A model generated the notes under the pieces. The model was not told where the DNA came from. It saw only the letters and a list, made by a program, of their open reading frames with translations, and did not search any database. A stretch of DNA of 64,000 nt. Origin: a virus. Positions 28,457-39,179 of this stretch are shown piece after piece (position 1 is the first letter of the stretch; every line of letters begins with the position of its first letter). A program made the translations under genes and the position numbers. Where the stretch lies: the IMG/VR virus record IMGVR_UViG_3300037193_002967, positions 1 to 64,000 of that record; one strand, given 5' to 3'.

Positions 28457-28796
28457 AGAGAATTTTTTCGACGATATAAAAGCGAAATATCCGCAAGCGT
28501 TCGAACACTTTATGAATTGGCTGGATGATTATAAAAAAGAAATACGATGGGATGAATTGTTTGCAAAAAATGCGAGGCTATCTGTTAAAAGTTCTGATGA
28601 TATTTACCCTGATACCATTAAATTTCATGATCTCCCATTCGATATGCAAAACGGTATACTTGCCAGGTTTGATATAGAAAAATTCAGTGGGAAGCTTGGA
28701 TATGAAAGTATGCTTAAAACTGAACCACGTCGAATGGAAAATCTTTTTGCTGCCGTTCAAACAGCTATTGAAAACAAAAATATTAAATTGAACTAA
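28440..28796 (+). CDS. Hypothetical protein
   Basis: Coupled ORF. Confidence 0.55.
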   Translation: MFNLNKENFFDDIKAKYPQAFEHFMNWLDDYKKEIRWDELFAKNARLSVKSSDDIYPDTIKFHDLPFDMQNGILARFDIEKFSGKLGYESMLKTEPRRMENLFAAVQTAIENKNIKLN

Positions 28797-28855
28797 ATAA
28801 AAATATTTCTTACCTTAGTACTGCTTCAATTTTTTTTGACTAAAAAATGCTACAC

Positions 28856-28884
28856 ACCCGCTTGTTTCTACTCGCGGGTTTTTT
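28856..28884 (+). terminator. Hairpin with GTTTCTAC loop and U-tract
   Basis: ACCCGC-TTGTTTCTACTC-GCGGGT-TTTTT. Confidence 0.6.
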
Positions 28885-29280
28885 GTCCCTTTAAATAATT
28901 ATCGTATGAATAACGCAACCGAGATACTATACTACCAATGTTGGGTAATGTATGATAATGGTCGCCCTTCGCATTATGCCTTTGTTGATAGCAAATGCAT
29001 TCCGATAGAAGGACAGGCCCTGCATTTAAATGAAATTAAAAATTCTGGATTTTATTTATTACCACTTTTTGGATGGCGCGTTAAAAAGAAAATAATTAAA
29101 TGATCAAAAAATATTTTTTACTAATTCGTGGATTTATTCGCTGCCGAATTTTTAACTTTTGCCCGAAATGCAATAGTGATGCGCCGGAAAAGGATACATG
29201 TAGTATCTGTGATGACGCATATGGTTACCCGACACGTGCTGTATGTATGACATGGTGGCTTGACTACAAAGACGAACTAA

Positions 29281-30795
29281 ATGATTAAAAAAAAATTCAC
29301 ATTACTAGATTACCAACTGGCATTCCAAAAAAACCTAGCTATTGCCGTTAGGGATCACCAGCAAGTTATTGCTTGTGCGGCTACTGGTTCAGGTAAGACC
29401 AAGACTTTTATAGACACTTCCGCTAAAGCACATGCGAAGGGCAAAACAATATTGATCATTTCTGAATCCCTAAAGATATTCGAACAAATAAAAGAAGAAA
29501 TAGAAGCCACTGAAATAGCAGACGGCAAGAATTACAAAACTATACAGCCGCATTTCGTTTATCTCGCCATGGCCCAGACCTTGCGAAATCGCCAGCATCT
29601 TATTGAACAATTTGCCGCACTTGGTCCTAACCTGCTAGTGATCTTCGATGAATGCCACATGGGGAACGGCGCCGCAATTCTTAAGTTATTTAAGTCGAAT
29701 GGCGTTCTTATCATAGGTTTTTCTGCCACACCAGAAGGTAAGCATTTGGTAGATATCTACAATCATTGTGTAGTGGGTCCACAGCCGCATGATCTGGTTC
29801 TAAGCGGCGATCTTACTCCATATAAGCATATAGCCAGACAACGCGCTGATATCGCTAATCTGCGCCTTAACAGCGCAGGCGATGAATACACCGAAGAAAG
29901 CCAGGAAGAAGTATTTGAATCAGATGAAGTATACGAAGGGCTCACAGAGGATTTGCGTGTTATACCATTTAGAAAATGTATAATTTATTGTGCAAGCATA
30001 AGAGATTGCGAACACACATATGAAACTTTAACCGCTGCCGGTTTTATATGTTCGCGTATCCATACTCGTATGACCAAGGATGAACAGAAGATCGAAATGG
30101 ATAAATTCATGGGCCTTACTCCTATAATGATCAATGTAGCCATCTTGACTAAGGGATATGATTATCAACCAATCGACCTGATCGTATTAAAATTCAAAAC
30201 AAAAAAGTTAACTAAGTATATTCAATGTATTGGGCGTGGCTCCCGTGTATTAGATGAAGATCGTGGTAAACCACTAGAGCAAAGAAAAAAGCAAGTATTC
30301 CGCGTGCTGGATTATGGGCAAAATCACGAAGCCCACAAGCAATGGGATTATGAACACGATTGGGCCAATAAGTGGCAAGGTAAGCCCACGCGTCCTGGTG
30401 TACCCCCTCATAAACTGTGCCCAAATTGTAACCATCTTATTCCAAATAGCATAAAAAAATGCCCAAATTGCGGGTACGAATTCGTAAGTTTGACGCTCGA
30501 CCCGGAGCCAGCGGAACAACCTGAAACAGTACTAATCGAAATTACCCAACCATACACCCAACTATCCGGCAAGAAACTAAGTGAACTTTCACCTGAAGAA
30601 CTAGCCATTTATGCAAAGACCAAGAATAAGCGCATGTATGCTATACGAGTTGCAAAAGCACGTGCCCAAAACAATGATGAGGATTTCCTACGTTCCTTCG
30701 GCGCCGCCATGGGTTATAAATGGGGATGGGCACAAAGACTACTCGAAAATATGCCCACCGATCCAATAGAGTATAATGATTTCATTCTGAGATAG
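29281..30795 (+). CDS. SF2 DEAD/DEAH-box helicase with C-terminal Zn finger (RadD/YejH-like)
   Basis: ATGSGKT, DECH, SAT and QCIGRGSR motifs; CPNC...CPNCG. Confidence 0.9.
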   Translation: MIKKKFTLLDYQLAFQKNLAIAVRDHQQVIACAATGSGKTKTFIDTSAKAHAKGKTILIISESLKIFEQIKEEIEATEIADGKNYKTIQPHFVYLAMAQTLRNRQHLIEQFAALGPNLLVIFDECHMGNGAAILKLFKSNGVLIIGFSATPEGKHLVDIYNHCVVGPQPHDLVLSGDLTPYKHIARQRADIANLRLNSAGDEYTEESQEEVFESDEVYEGLTEDLRVIPFRKCIIYCASIRDCEHTYETLTAAGFICSRIHTRMTKDEQKIEMDKFMGLTPIMINVAILTKGYDYQPIDLIVLKFKTKKLTKYIQCIGRGSRVLDEDRGKPLEQRKKQVFRVLDYGQNHEAHKQWDYEHDWANKWQGKPTRPGVPPHKLCPNCNHLIPNSIKKCPNCGYEFVSLTLDPEPAEQPETVLIEITQPYTQLSGKKLSELSPEELAIYAKTKNKRMYAIRVAKARAQNNDEDFLRSFGAAMGYKWGWAQRLLENMPTDPIEYNDFILR

Positions 30796-30811
30796 CCCGT
30801 AAATACATTTG

Positions 30812-33352
30812 ATGGATAATCAATTGCACCCAGTTTGGCAACAAGTGGAGCTATTGCTTAATGACGGCATCAATCTGGTGCCGGTGAGAGATAAAGAGGA
30901 AGAATATCACGGTAAAGTATATGCTAAAAAGACACCATACAGTGAATGGACTAAATTTCAAACTGAACGAGTAGGAAGACAAGACCTATTCCATGAAATG
31001 GAACGCCGCAATACTACCGCTGTTGCGATGGTTTGCGGGGGAATATCCGGAAATCTAGAAGGGATCGATATTGATGAAAAATACCTCCCTGGGATCAGTG
31101 CCCGGTTTTTTACCGACCTGCAAGCTATTTACCCGGACCTCTTCGAAAAATTGCGGGTCCACAAAACACCCTCCGGCGGTTGCCACATTCCTTACCGGAT
31201 CGAATTGCCAGAAGGACAGGCAATGCCACGAAGTCAGAAACTTGCCCAACGGGAAGCTATATCAGAAGAATTACAGGCAGATATCGACCGGGGCATCAAA
31301 AAGCCATCAAAGACCCGATGTTTTATTGAATCTCGTGGTGAAGGTGGCTTAATGACCTGCCCACCATCGATGGGGTATACAGTTCGCAAAGATGCTCCTA
31401 TACCATTACTTACTTGGATAGAACGCTGCCAGCTTATCGAATTCTGCCGGGCGTATAATACCTATATTAAAGAAGATAAGCCCTACAAACCCAACCGAGC
31501 GGAATTAAATTACTACGATGAGAATCCTTTTGAACACTATAACCGAACTGTTTCGGCGGTCGAACTTTTGGAAAGTCTGGGCTGGCAACTTGTTAGTAAG
31601 CGCGGCACTCATCTTTGGTTCACCCGACCCGGTGGCAGGCGTGGTGATGTTCACGCTTCGTTCCACGTGGAACATCGCTATTTTTACGTATTTACTGTCA
31701 GCACAGAGTTAGAGCCTGACCGTGCCTATAATCTATCAACCCTCCTGGCACATTACAGTTTCGGCGGGGATAAGCAGAAGACCTATCAATGGCTAGTAGA
31801 AGCAGGCTATGGAAGAATCAAGCCCGCTGTGGAACAACGTATCATCCGCACCAAAGCCATGACCGGCGACCCGCTTCCACAGAACATCAGTACCCAGGGG
31901 CGGGAAATGTACCAACAAACTGTAGAGCAGCTTAATACCCAGCATCCACACGGCATATTCTGGTCGCCCGACGATGAGGGTGTAATGCGTATAAGCCGCC
32001 TGCGCTTTCAGCAAGTTGCTCATGACCTGGGTTTTCGCCTGTATAAAAAGGAATTGGTACGTATACAAGGTATTTATATACACCATTGCGAGGATAGGCA
32101 GTTTTACGATGCTATGTCCGGTTATATTAATGAGGAAGATGGTGATCTGTATGAAGAGATTTTCAATGCCCATCATGCTTTTTTTCAAAAGAACGCCAAT
32201 TTCTGCATAACCTGTCTGACAACCATCAGTCAAGAAAAAATACTAGGTGATTCTCGTCAAGTATGCTATAAGTTTTTCCTTAATGGCTTCGTTGAGATAT
32301 CTGCAAGTGGCTGGTCTTTTAATAGTTATGAATTGATCACAGACCATTTAGTTTGGGCAACCAAAGTTCAACAGCGTGATTTTGTCGAGGATCAATCAGG
32401 CGGTCTTTATGTAGATTTCTTAAATAAGTCTGTTGAACTAGATAAGAATACAGATCATATAATGCGTTGTTTGGGGTATTTGTCCCACGAATGGAAGGAC
32501 GAAACCACCGGTTATTTTATCGTACTCACTGAGCGCTGCCCTGATCCTATGCAGGGTGGAGGGTCCGGCAAAAACCTTTTCTGTAACTTACTTAAGCTGA
32601 CAACTACTTACATGTCGATCCCTGGGAGTCAGGCCCAGGCTAATGAAAAGTTCCTTCAATCCTGGCGTGGCCAAAAGATATTTGCCATCAGCGATCTACC
32701 CAAAGATTTCAATTTCGGCTTCCTAAAGGAAATGACCACGGGAGAAGCCATTCTTAAGAAGTTATTTAAAAATGAAGAAGTACTTGGTCTGAACGATGTA
32801 CCCAAGTTCATTTTACAGACCAATTATGCTGGTGATGTGCAGGATGGAGGGATCAAGGGCCGTATGATCCAGATTGAATTTACCGGGTTTTTCAATCGTA
32901 AGCGTGGCGTGGATATGCATTACGGAAAACATTTTGCCAACGATTGGACCCCGGAAGACTTCCATGCCTATGACACTTTCATTATTAAATGTATCCAAAC
33001 TTGGATGCAATTCGGACTTAAATTAGATGATATCGAGCTTTCTGCTACCGGCTGGGAAAAAAGGTTCGTTGTATCGTACGGACAAGCCCTATTTGACTTC
33101 ATTACCGAAAATTGGGAGAACTGGAAAAACCGGTTTATTTCAAATGAACAGTTTAACCGGCAGCTTGACGAATTTATACGCGAGAATAATATCAATCAGA
33201 AGTATCGGCCCACCTCCTTCAAGATCAATAATGCCTTAAAAGAATGGTGTGATAAACGCGGATACATATTTAATAAAGCTGATATACAACGTGTAGACGC
33301 CATCAATACCGTACGTGGCCGATCTTTTACTGAAGAAAAGCTGCCTTTTTAA
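30812..33352 (+). CDS. Bifunctional primase-polymerase fused to P-loop helicase
   Basis: N-terminal 'CGGISGNLEGIDID...KTPSGGCH...ESRGEGG' Prim-Pol motifs; 'GGSGKN' Walker A. Confidence 0.85.
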   Translation: MDNQLHPVWQQVELLLNDGINLVPVRDKEEEYHGKVYAKKTPYSEWTKFQTERVGRQDLFHEMERRNTTAVAMVCGGISGNLEGIDIDEKYLPGISARFFTDLQAIYPDLFEKLRVHKTPSGGCHIPYRIELPEGQAMPRSQKLAQREAISEELQADIDRGIKKPSKTRCFIESRGEGGLMTCPPSMGYTVRKDAPIPLLTWIERCQLIEFCRAYNTYIKEDKPYKPNRAELNYYDENPFEHYNRTVSAVELLESLGWQLVSKRGTHLWFTRPGGRRGDVHASFHVEHRYFYVFTVSTELEPDRAYNLSTLLAHYSFGGDKQKTYQWLVEAGYGRIKPAVEQRIIRTKAMTGDPLPQNISTQGREMYQQTVEQLNTQHPHGIFWSPDDEGVMRISRLRFQQVAHDLGFRLYKKELVRIQGIYIHHCEDRQFYDAMSGYINEEDGDLYEEIFNAHHAFFQKNANFCITCLTTISQEKILGDSRQVCYKFFLNGFVEISASGWSFNSYELITDHLVWATKVQQRDFVEDQSGGLYVDFLNKSVELDKNTDHIMRCLGYLSHEWKDETTGYFIVLTERCPDPMQGGGSGKNLFCNLLKLTTTYMSIPGSQAQANEKFLQSWRGQKIFAISDLPKDFNFGFLKEMTTGEAILKKLFKNEEVLGLNDVPKFILQTNYAGDVQDGGIKGRMIQIEFTGFFNRKRGVDMHYGKHFANDWTPEDFHAYDTFIIKCIQTWMQFGLKLDDIELSATGWEKRFVVSYGQALFDFITENWENWKNRFISNEQFNRQLDEFIRENNINQKYRPTSFKINNALKEWCDKRGYIFNKADIQRVDAINTVRGRSFTEEKLPF

Positions 33353-33380
33353 TTTTAAAACAAACCAAAAATCAAGGATC

Positions 33381-33704
33381 ATGAACAGTATTGAACAATT
33401 AAAGATGCTCGGACTCACAGAGCCCGATTTTGACCTTTTAGTAGCTGGCCTGGATCAACTACCTCACAAAGGTGATGTGCAAGAACTTGTTACCCAAATG
33501 ATGCGGGGCATTGGTAAAACACCTGAAGAACACAGAGTACTCACAGATCAGTATCGAGCACAGCTTCAAAAAAAGGAAAAAGAAAAAGCTACATTGATCG
33601 AAGATATTCGCATTCTTCAGGGCAAGCTTTTGATGCTGAAACGATACATGAAAGATAACGAATTATTGCAGTCGGTAAACGAGATAATCAACCCAAAAAG
33701 TTGA
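33381..33704 (+). CDS. Hypothetical protein
   Basis: ORF after the primase gene. Confidence 0.55.
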   Translation: MNSIEQLKMLGLTEPDFDLLVAGLDQLPHKGDVQELVTQMMRGIGKTPEEHRVLTDQYRAQLQKKEKEKATLIEDIRILQGKLLMLKRYMKDNELLQSVNEIINPKS

Positions 33705-33735
33705 TCTCATAAAATACTAAATCATTCCCTTATTT

Positions 33736-33762
33736 AAGGCGGCTATTATGGCCGCCTTTTTT
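33736..33762 (+). terminator. Intrinsic terminator
   Basis: AAGGCGGCTA-TTA-TGGCCGCCTT-TTTT. Confidence 0.75.
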
Positions 33763-34080
33763 GTTACAAACTTTTTTTGTTACAAATCAAAATTTGTAAC
33801 AGTTTTTGTAACGTATTAACTTATTGATATTTAATATATTATACTACCTTGTTACAATGTTACAAAAAATATAGTATAATGGAAGGTATAGGTATAAAAT
33901 ATATAAGGGGTAATTATGTATCTACGAATATATCGTAGATACGCATTTCGCATAATTGTATTTCCCCGTATATATAAATAAGGGCGGTTTTTTTTTGTAA
34001 CTTTGTAACAGACACTTAAGTTAATGAAATTCAATTATTTATACTTTAGTTGCATAAACAACTATGTTACAAGTTACAAA
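33763..34080. repeat. Putative replication origin with GTTACAA iterons in both orientations
   Basis: About 10 copies of GTTACAA/TTGTAAC arranged in pairs in AT-rich non-coding DNA after the primase-helicase. Confidence 0.7.
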
Positions 34081-34182
34081 ATATTAGGGCCATTTTGGTG
34101 GTTTAGCCCCACTTGACGAAAAAAGTGAAAAAAGTGAATTTCGTGAAATCCGTACTTTTCGTGGTTTCCGTACCTTTGCCGG

Positions 34183-34590
34183 GTGACTCACGATCAACTC
34201 CAATCCCAATGCTTCCTCAAAGCCTGGAATCACTCCCAAGATGACGGATTCTTTCCCTGGATGCAATACCGGTTCTTTAGCGTACCAAATAGCGCTGTGG
34301 GCTTCCTGGGACCCAAAAAGGCAAAACAGTTACAATCTTGTGGTCTGGTGGCAGGCGTCTGGGATATGCCTATATTTGACTCCAATGGGGCCTGTCACTG
34401 GATCGAATTCAAAGTTGGTAAAGACACAGTGAGCCCCGCCCAAAAAAAATTCAGAACAGCCATGCTTCCACTCGGGAACCAATTTTTTTATGTGGTACAT
34501 GAAGACGTTAACCTTTTTTGGGAAATTTTCACTAACATTGCACATATGAATATTCAATCTTTATTGAAACTTCAATACAATGACGCCTAA
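34183..34590 (+). CDS. VRR-NUC domain nuclease
   Basis: 'HDQLQSQC...FSVPN...GLVAGVWD.......WIEFKVGKDTVSPAQKKF'. Confidence 0.8.
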   Translation: MTHDQLQSQCFLKAWNHSQDDGFFPWMQYRFFSVPNSAVGFLGPKKAKQLQSCGLVAGVWDMPIFDSNGACHWIEFKVGKDTVSPAQKKFRTAMLPLGNQFFYVVHEDVNLFWEIFTNIAHMNIQSLLKLQYNDA

Positions 34591-35158
34591 ACAACAAAGG
34601 TTTGTTGATGAATATGTGAAAGACCCAGATCGGAATCAAACACAGGCAGCAAGAAAGGCGGGATATAGTGAAAAAACAGCAGCACAGGCAGCGGCTCATC
34701 TGTTAAAAAACCCTAATATTCAGCTAGCTATAAGGGAAAAGCTAGAATTAGTTCGAGCAGAAACTGCATTAAAAATTCAACGAGAGGAAGAGGAAAACTG
34801 GCTCGATCCCGTCAATGTGGCAAAAGGCTTCAAAAAAATCTACGATAGATGTATGCAAGCCGAAGCCGTGATGCGTTATGATGCTCGTGAAAAACGTATG
34901 GTCCCTGTCCGTGATGAGCATGGTAACGCGATGTATGTATTTGATTCCAATGGTGCCAATCGTGCCTGGGAAAATATTGCCAAACATATTGGGTTCTACG
35001 AAATTGATAATGCCCAAAAAGCCCCGATCATCAATATTGAACTTAATAACACCAATAACATTGCAATTCTAAATGCAAGCGACGAAGAGGCCGGAGATAA
35101 AGATCAATTTATCGACGGAAATGTTCTTACCATGCTACCGCCATCTTCTGAAGAATGA
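34580..35158 (+). CDS. terS: Terminase small subunit
   Basis: 'TPKQQRFVDEYVKD...NQTQAARKAGYSEKTA...LLKNPNI'. Confidence 0.92.
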   Translation: MTPKQQRFVDEYVKDPDRNQTQAARKAGYSEKTAAQAAAHLLKNPNIQLAIREKLELVRAETALKIQREEEENWLDPVNVAKGFKKIYDRCMQAEAVMRYDAREKRMVPVRDEHGNAMYVFDSNGANRAWENIAKHIGFYEIDNAQKAPIINIELNNTNNIAILNASDEEAGDKDQFIDGNVLTMLPPSSEE

Positions 35159-36497
35159 GGTAGAAGTAATTAGCCCTGTCGAAGAGTTAGCACCTGTTCC
35201 AATTGACATAGAGTTTTTATGGGGCGGCCGCGATAGCGGTAAGAGCCGTCATATTGTCCAACAATTGATTTATGATTGTCTAAGACTGCCTTATTTTAGA
35301 TGCGTCCTTGTGAGAAAGGTTTTCAACACTATCAAAGAAAGCCAATGGCAGTTAATTAAGGATGTTTGCGAAGAATGGGGCGTGGATCATCTATTCAGCT
35401 TCAAACAAAGCCCGCTTGAGATCATTTGTATCAATGGTAATAAGTTTATATGCCGCGGTATGGATGAGCCTGGCAAATTAAAATCTATTGCCAACCCTTC
35501 ACATTGCTGGTGCGAAGAAGGGAATCAATTGGAAAAAGATGATTTTGTTATCATCATGACTTCTTTACGCTATAACCAAGGCCGAGTTAAAGTGTGGTTT
35601 TCTTTCAACCCTGAATACGAGGGAGATTATAAAGAGTTTTGGTTATATGCTATCTTCTTTAAGAAATACGAACATCTCTTATATAAGCAAAGAATATTTG
35701 TTGGACAATGGCAAATAAAGCTGCCAATGTACCAATTTAAAGAACGTATAATCAATTTTACATACAGAAGCACATGGACAACGTACAAGGATAACCGATA
35801 CTGTAAGCATGAGCGTGCTGCTTTCTTAGAAGAGTTAAAAATCCTTGATCCATACTGGTATAAAGTATTTACGCAGGGGTATTGGGGGAATAGAATTGTT
35901 AGTGATCCATATTGCTATTGCTTTAATGAAGAAAAGCATGTTGGATCGACTTATTTAGACCAAAACAAGGAACTTTATTTAAGTTTTGACTTCAACGTGA
36001 ATCCTATTACCTGCGGCGTGTATCAGCATGACGAATATGATAATTGGATTAGAGTAATCGAGGCCATAAAGCTTGATAATAGTGATATATATAAACTTTG
36101 TGACCATATTAAGGCAAAGTATTGGGGATATGTAATGATCGTTACTGGCGATGCTACCGGACGAAATACGAGTGCCCTGGTACAGGATGGGATCAACTAT
36201 TATTCAATTATAAAAACCGAATTGGGTTTAGTGGATGGCCAGATGCGCCAACCAACTATTAACCCACCAGTCCGTGAGAACCGAGTATTAGTTAACGCTT
36301 GCTTATTTAAGTTGAATATACTTATGGACGAACAACATTGTGCCCCGTTGATCTTCGACTGTAAGAACGTAAGCGTGACTGACCTGGGAGATATTGATAA
36401 AGGAAGTAGGTCAAATCCAAAGAAACGCGCTGACCATCTTGACCATTTCAGATATTATTTAAATACTTTTTGGAAAAGAGTTCTTAAAATGCAGTAA
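35073..36497 (+). CDS. terL: Terminase large subunit (PBSX-like)
   Basis: 'GGRDSGKS', 'WCEEG', 'SFNP', RNase H-like 'SFDFN' and 'DHLDHFRY'. Confidence 0.92.
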   Translation: MQATKRPEIKINLSTEMFLPCYRHLLKNEVEVISPVEELAPVPIDIEFLWGGRDSGKSRHIVQQLIYDCLRLPYFRCVLVRKVFNTIKESQWQLIKDVCEEWGVDHLFSFKQSPLEIICINGNKFICRGMDEPGKLKSIANPSHCWCEEGNQLEKDDFVIIMTSLRYNQGRVKVWFSFNPEYEGDYKEFWLYAIFFKKYEHLLYKQRIFVGQWQIKLPMYQFKERIINFTYRSTWTTYKDNRYCKHERAAFLEELKILDPYWYKVFTQGYWGNRIVSDPYCYCFNEEKHVGSTYLDQNKELYLSFDFNVNPITCGVYQHDEYDNWIRVIEAIKLDNSDIYKLCDHIKAKYWGYVMIVTGDATGRNTSALVQDGINYYSIIKTELGLVDGQMRQPTINPPVRENRVLVNACLFKLNILMDEQHCAPLIFDCKNVSVTDLGDIDKGSRSNPKKRADHLDHFRYYLNTFWKRVLKMQ

Positions 36498-36543
36498 ATT
36501 GGGATTGCTTCGAATATGAACCATTTCGTGAGTTTTTGCGTGC

Positions 36544-36574
36544 AGGGCTGTCCGGGGAGGGACAGCCCTTTTTT
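36544..36574 (+). terminator. Intrinsic terminator
   Basis: AGGGCTGTCC...GGACAGCCCT-TTTTT. Confidence 0.75.
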
Positions 36575-36603
36575 ATTGATCGTGGTCAATAACTTACGCA
36601 GTA

Positions 36604-36645
36604 TGACAAAAAGATTTGTCATTGTCGTTTTTGTGCGTATCTTTG
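36604..36645 (+). promoter_or_regulatory. Operator palindrome plus Bacteroidota -33/-7 promoter
   Basis: TGACAAA-AAGA-TTTGTCA; TTTG-N19-TATCTTTG. Confidence 0.75.
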
Positions 36646-36664
36646 GGATATAAATAAAGATCAC

Positions 36665-36949
36665 ATGAAAAATAGAGCTAAAAAGGGTGGTGAAATAGGA
36701 ATGAACGGGGAATTTTATAAAGGCGGATTATTTTTACCATCAACCCAATTGCCAAAGCAATCACCTATCAAAATCCATAACACAACCACCAAAAAGCCTA
36801 TGGCAGATTGGCAAATTAAGAATCTTGAACGTGCCATTGAGGGTACTAAAAAGGCTCTTCATGCCGCAATTGAAAGAAATGATAAACTGGCTATTGAGGG
36901 CAATACTGCTCAATTAGAAAGATATATGAAAATGCTAAATCAACAATAA
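36665..36949 (+). CDS. Hypothetical protein
   Basis: 'RAKKGGEIGMNGEFYKGG.FLP' motif; has its own promoter and terminator. Confidence 0.6.
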   Translation: MKNRAKKGGEIGMNGEFYKGGLFLPSTQLPKQSPIKIHNTTTKKPMADWQIKNLERAIEGTKKALHAAIERNDKLAIEGNTAQLERYMKMLNQQ

Positions 36950-37033
36950 CAATATTTGTCCGAGATGTACACACCGGCCGCAGGTTTCGCCCTGTGGCCT
37001 TTTTGTTGACCTGAGTCAAGATATTCTATTTAT

Positions 37034-37076
37034 TGACAAATATATTTGTCATTTCAAAAGCGCCTACCTATCTTTG
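37034..37076 (+). promoter_or_regulatory. Operator palindrome plus Bacteroidota promoter
   Basis: TGACAAA-TATA-TTTGTCA; TTTG-N20-TATCTTTG. Confidence 0.75.
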
Positions 37077-37096
37077 AGTCATCAAAAGCAAATAAC

Positions 37097-37357
37097 ATGA
37101 AACACTTCATTTCTTACAGCGCGATCTCAAATTCAGGTACTACAATACCAGATGAATTTTTTTGGAATGGGAAAGAGTTCTGTGTAAACTACAAAGAGAC
37201 CTATCCGATAGTATTTTTTAGCGATGAAGAGGTGGAAGAGGAAGCTTCCAAGGCTATGCAACATTTGGAAGACGCGGGTTTGGAACACCTATATCAAGAA
37301 CCTCAATTCAGCTTCGGTATTAAGCTGGAAAGTGAATGGGCCGTTTGTGATAAATAG
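37097..37357 (+). CDS. Hypothetical acidic protein
   Basis: ATG at 37097 downstream of the promoter. Confidence 0.55.
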   Translation: MKHFISYSAISNSGTTIPDEFFWNGKEFCVNYKETYPIVFFSDEEVEEEASKAMQHLEDAGLEHLYQEPQFSFGIKLESEWAVCDK

Positions 37358-37410
37358 TTAATTAACTTTTGGCTAGGGTAAAACCTGGCCTTTTTATATT
37401 TTAAAACTTA

Positions 37411-37785
37411 TTGCATATGTACTCATCAACTTATTATTTTCTTCAAGTCAAGAGGAATGTGGGTCACAATCTAGTATGGTGGTCCAATGAACACGTTGAC
37501 ATAAACCACCTTCTTTGGTTATTTGGCAATTATGACATTGCTTGCATATGGAAGGTCAGACCTAAACTACCGTTAACTGACCCTAAACTATTAGGTAAAC
37601 ATAAATTAGAGCTTAGTTATATCGGCGATGGCCGCGTATTCCTTAATTTTTGGGATTGGGCTCACGGTAATGATGTATGTGTACAAATCATAGATGGGCA
37701 TCTTGTTGATGGAAATGAACAAGTAATTTCAATTAAAGAATTTATTTCTACTGTAGAAGCGTCTATTTGTAAACGGGAATTATAA
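37411..37785 (+). CDS. Hypothetical protein
   Basis: ORF. Confidence 0.5.
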   Translation: MHMYSSTYYFLQVKRNVGHNLVWWSNEHVDINHLLWLFGNYDIACIWKVRPKLPLTDPKLLGKHKLELSYIGDGRVFLNFWDWAHGNDVCVQIIDGHLVDGNEQVISIKEFISTVEASICKREL

Positions 37786-37807
37786 TTAATCATAAAAACT
37801 TTTCAAC

Positions 37808-39163
37808 ATGTCTCATTTTACAGTATTAGTTATCGGCGAGAATCCGGAAGGACAATTAGAGCCTTATCATGAGTTTGAATGTACAGGGCAGGATGATTAT
37901 TATGTCAAGGATATTGATATTACCGAACAGGTCCGAAAGGATTATGAAGACGCTACCGTTGTGCGTTATAGGGATGGGGATGGAAACCTGTATGAGCCTT
38001 ATAGTGATGAATTTTATCGTGATCCCACAGAAGCAGAACGCGAAATTATTGGGCCAATAGCCGGTTCCGGATGCGGTGGTGGTATACAATGGTCTTCAAG
38101 AGACTGGAAAGATGGGCGCGGGTATCGTACTAAAGTAAAATTTAAGCCAGATCACTTGGAAGAGGTGGAAATACCTCTTAAAGAAATTGAGTCCTTTTTG
38201 GAGTATTGTACTGAACATGAAGGTAAGCCCCGAATTACCGAAGCTGGATTAGGATTTGAGCGACGAGAGAATAAGGGTAAATTAAGTAAGGCATATAAAT
38301 ATGGATACACCGTCATTGATCCCGTTACGCGTGAGGTGATCCGCGTTATAAGACGTACTAATCCAAATGCAAAATGGGATTGGTATCAGTTAGGTGGGCG
38401 ATGGACCGGGCTTTTTAAATTAAAGCCATTAAATTTACTTGCTTATAATGAGGTGTTTGATTCTTTCCAAGGGTTTACTGCATCCGAAATGGAAGCCTTT
38501 GTAAAAATGAAGATTGAAAATCCTGCCAAATTTGAAAAGGTAATTTCAAAATATAATGGCAAATCTGCGGAATTGCGGGCTAAGGTAGAGCAGTTAGTTA
38601 TTGAAAAGAATCGCCGCTTATTTCCAGAATACAAAATCGGGAATCCGGGTCTAATGACCGAACCTGCTAAAGAAGGCTATGCCGATATGGCAAAAAAGCG
38701 GGATATCGATTTCGAAGGTATGCGCGATGAGGCTGTCAAAGAAGCAAAGGAAAGGTATGATTATGCAATGGAAATTCTGCATGAGTTACCGATCAATTAT
38801 ACTTGGGAGCAAATTAGGGAACGGATAAAAGACACGGATGAAGCTCGTAATGCCTATTGGAGCCAACCGCGTTGTAAAGCATGGCGAGAAAAAGAATTCG
38901 ACACTCGTGAATCTTGGCCATTTAGTTACCGTGCCTCGCCAGATGATTTTTTGATCACTGAACAGGAGTACATTCAGAAAGCCGCGAACCGGGCTATTAG
39001 CACACATGCCGTTATCAAAGATGGCAAATGGTACGAACGCGGTAAAATGGGTTGGTGGGCGTTTGTTTCTAACGAGAAAGCAGACTGGGATAAGGAATTT
39101 GCCGCATTGCTTGATAGTGTTGATGATGATACATTATTGTCGGTCTGGGATTGTCATATTTAA
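37808..39163 (+). CDS. Conserved phage hypothetical protein
   Basis: 'MSHFTVLVIG...NPNAKWDWYQLGGRW...DCHI' widespread phage family. Confidence 0.7.
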   Translation: MSHFTVLVIGENPEGQLEPYHEFECTGQDDYYVKDIDITEQVRKDYEDATVVRYRDGDGNLYEPYSDEFYRDPTEAEREIIGPIAGSGCGGGIQWSSRDWKDGRGYRTKVKFKPDHLEEVEIPLKEIESFLEYCTEHEGKPRITEAGLGFERRENKGKLSKAYKYGYTVIDPVTREVIRVIRRTNPNAKWDWYQLGGRWTGLFKLKPLNLLAYNEVFDSFQGFTASEMEAFVKMKIENPAKFEKVISKYNGKSAELRAKVEQLVIEKNRRLFPEYKIGNPGLMTEPAKEGYADMAKKRDIDFEGMRDEAVKEAKERYDYAMEILHELPINYTWEQIRERIKDTDEARNAYWSQPRCKAWREKEFDTRESWPFSYRASPDDFLITEQEYIQKAANRAISTHAVIKDGKWYERGKMGWWAFVSNEKADWDKEFAALLDSVDDDTLLSVWDCHI

Positions 39164-39179
39164 CTTTAAAATATTTTTT

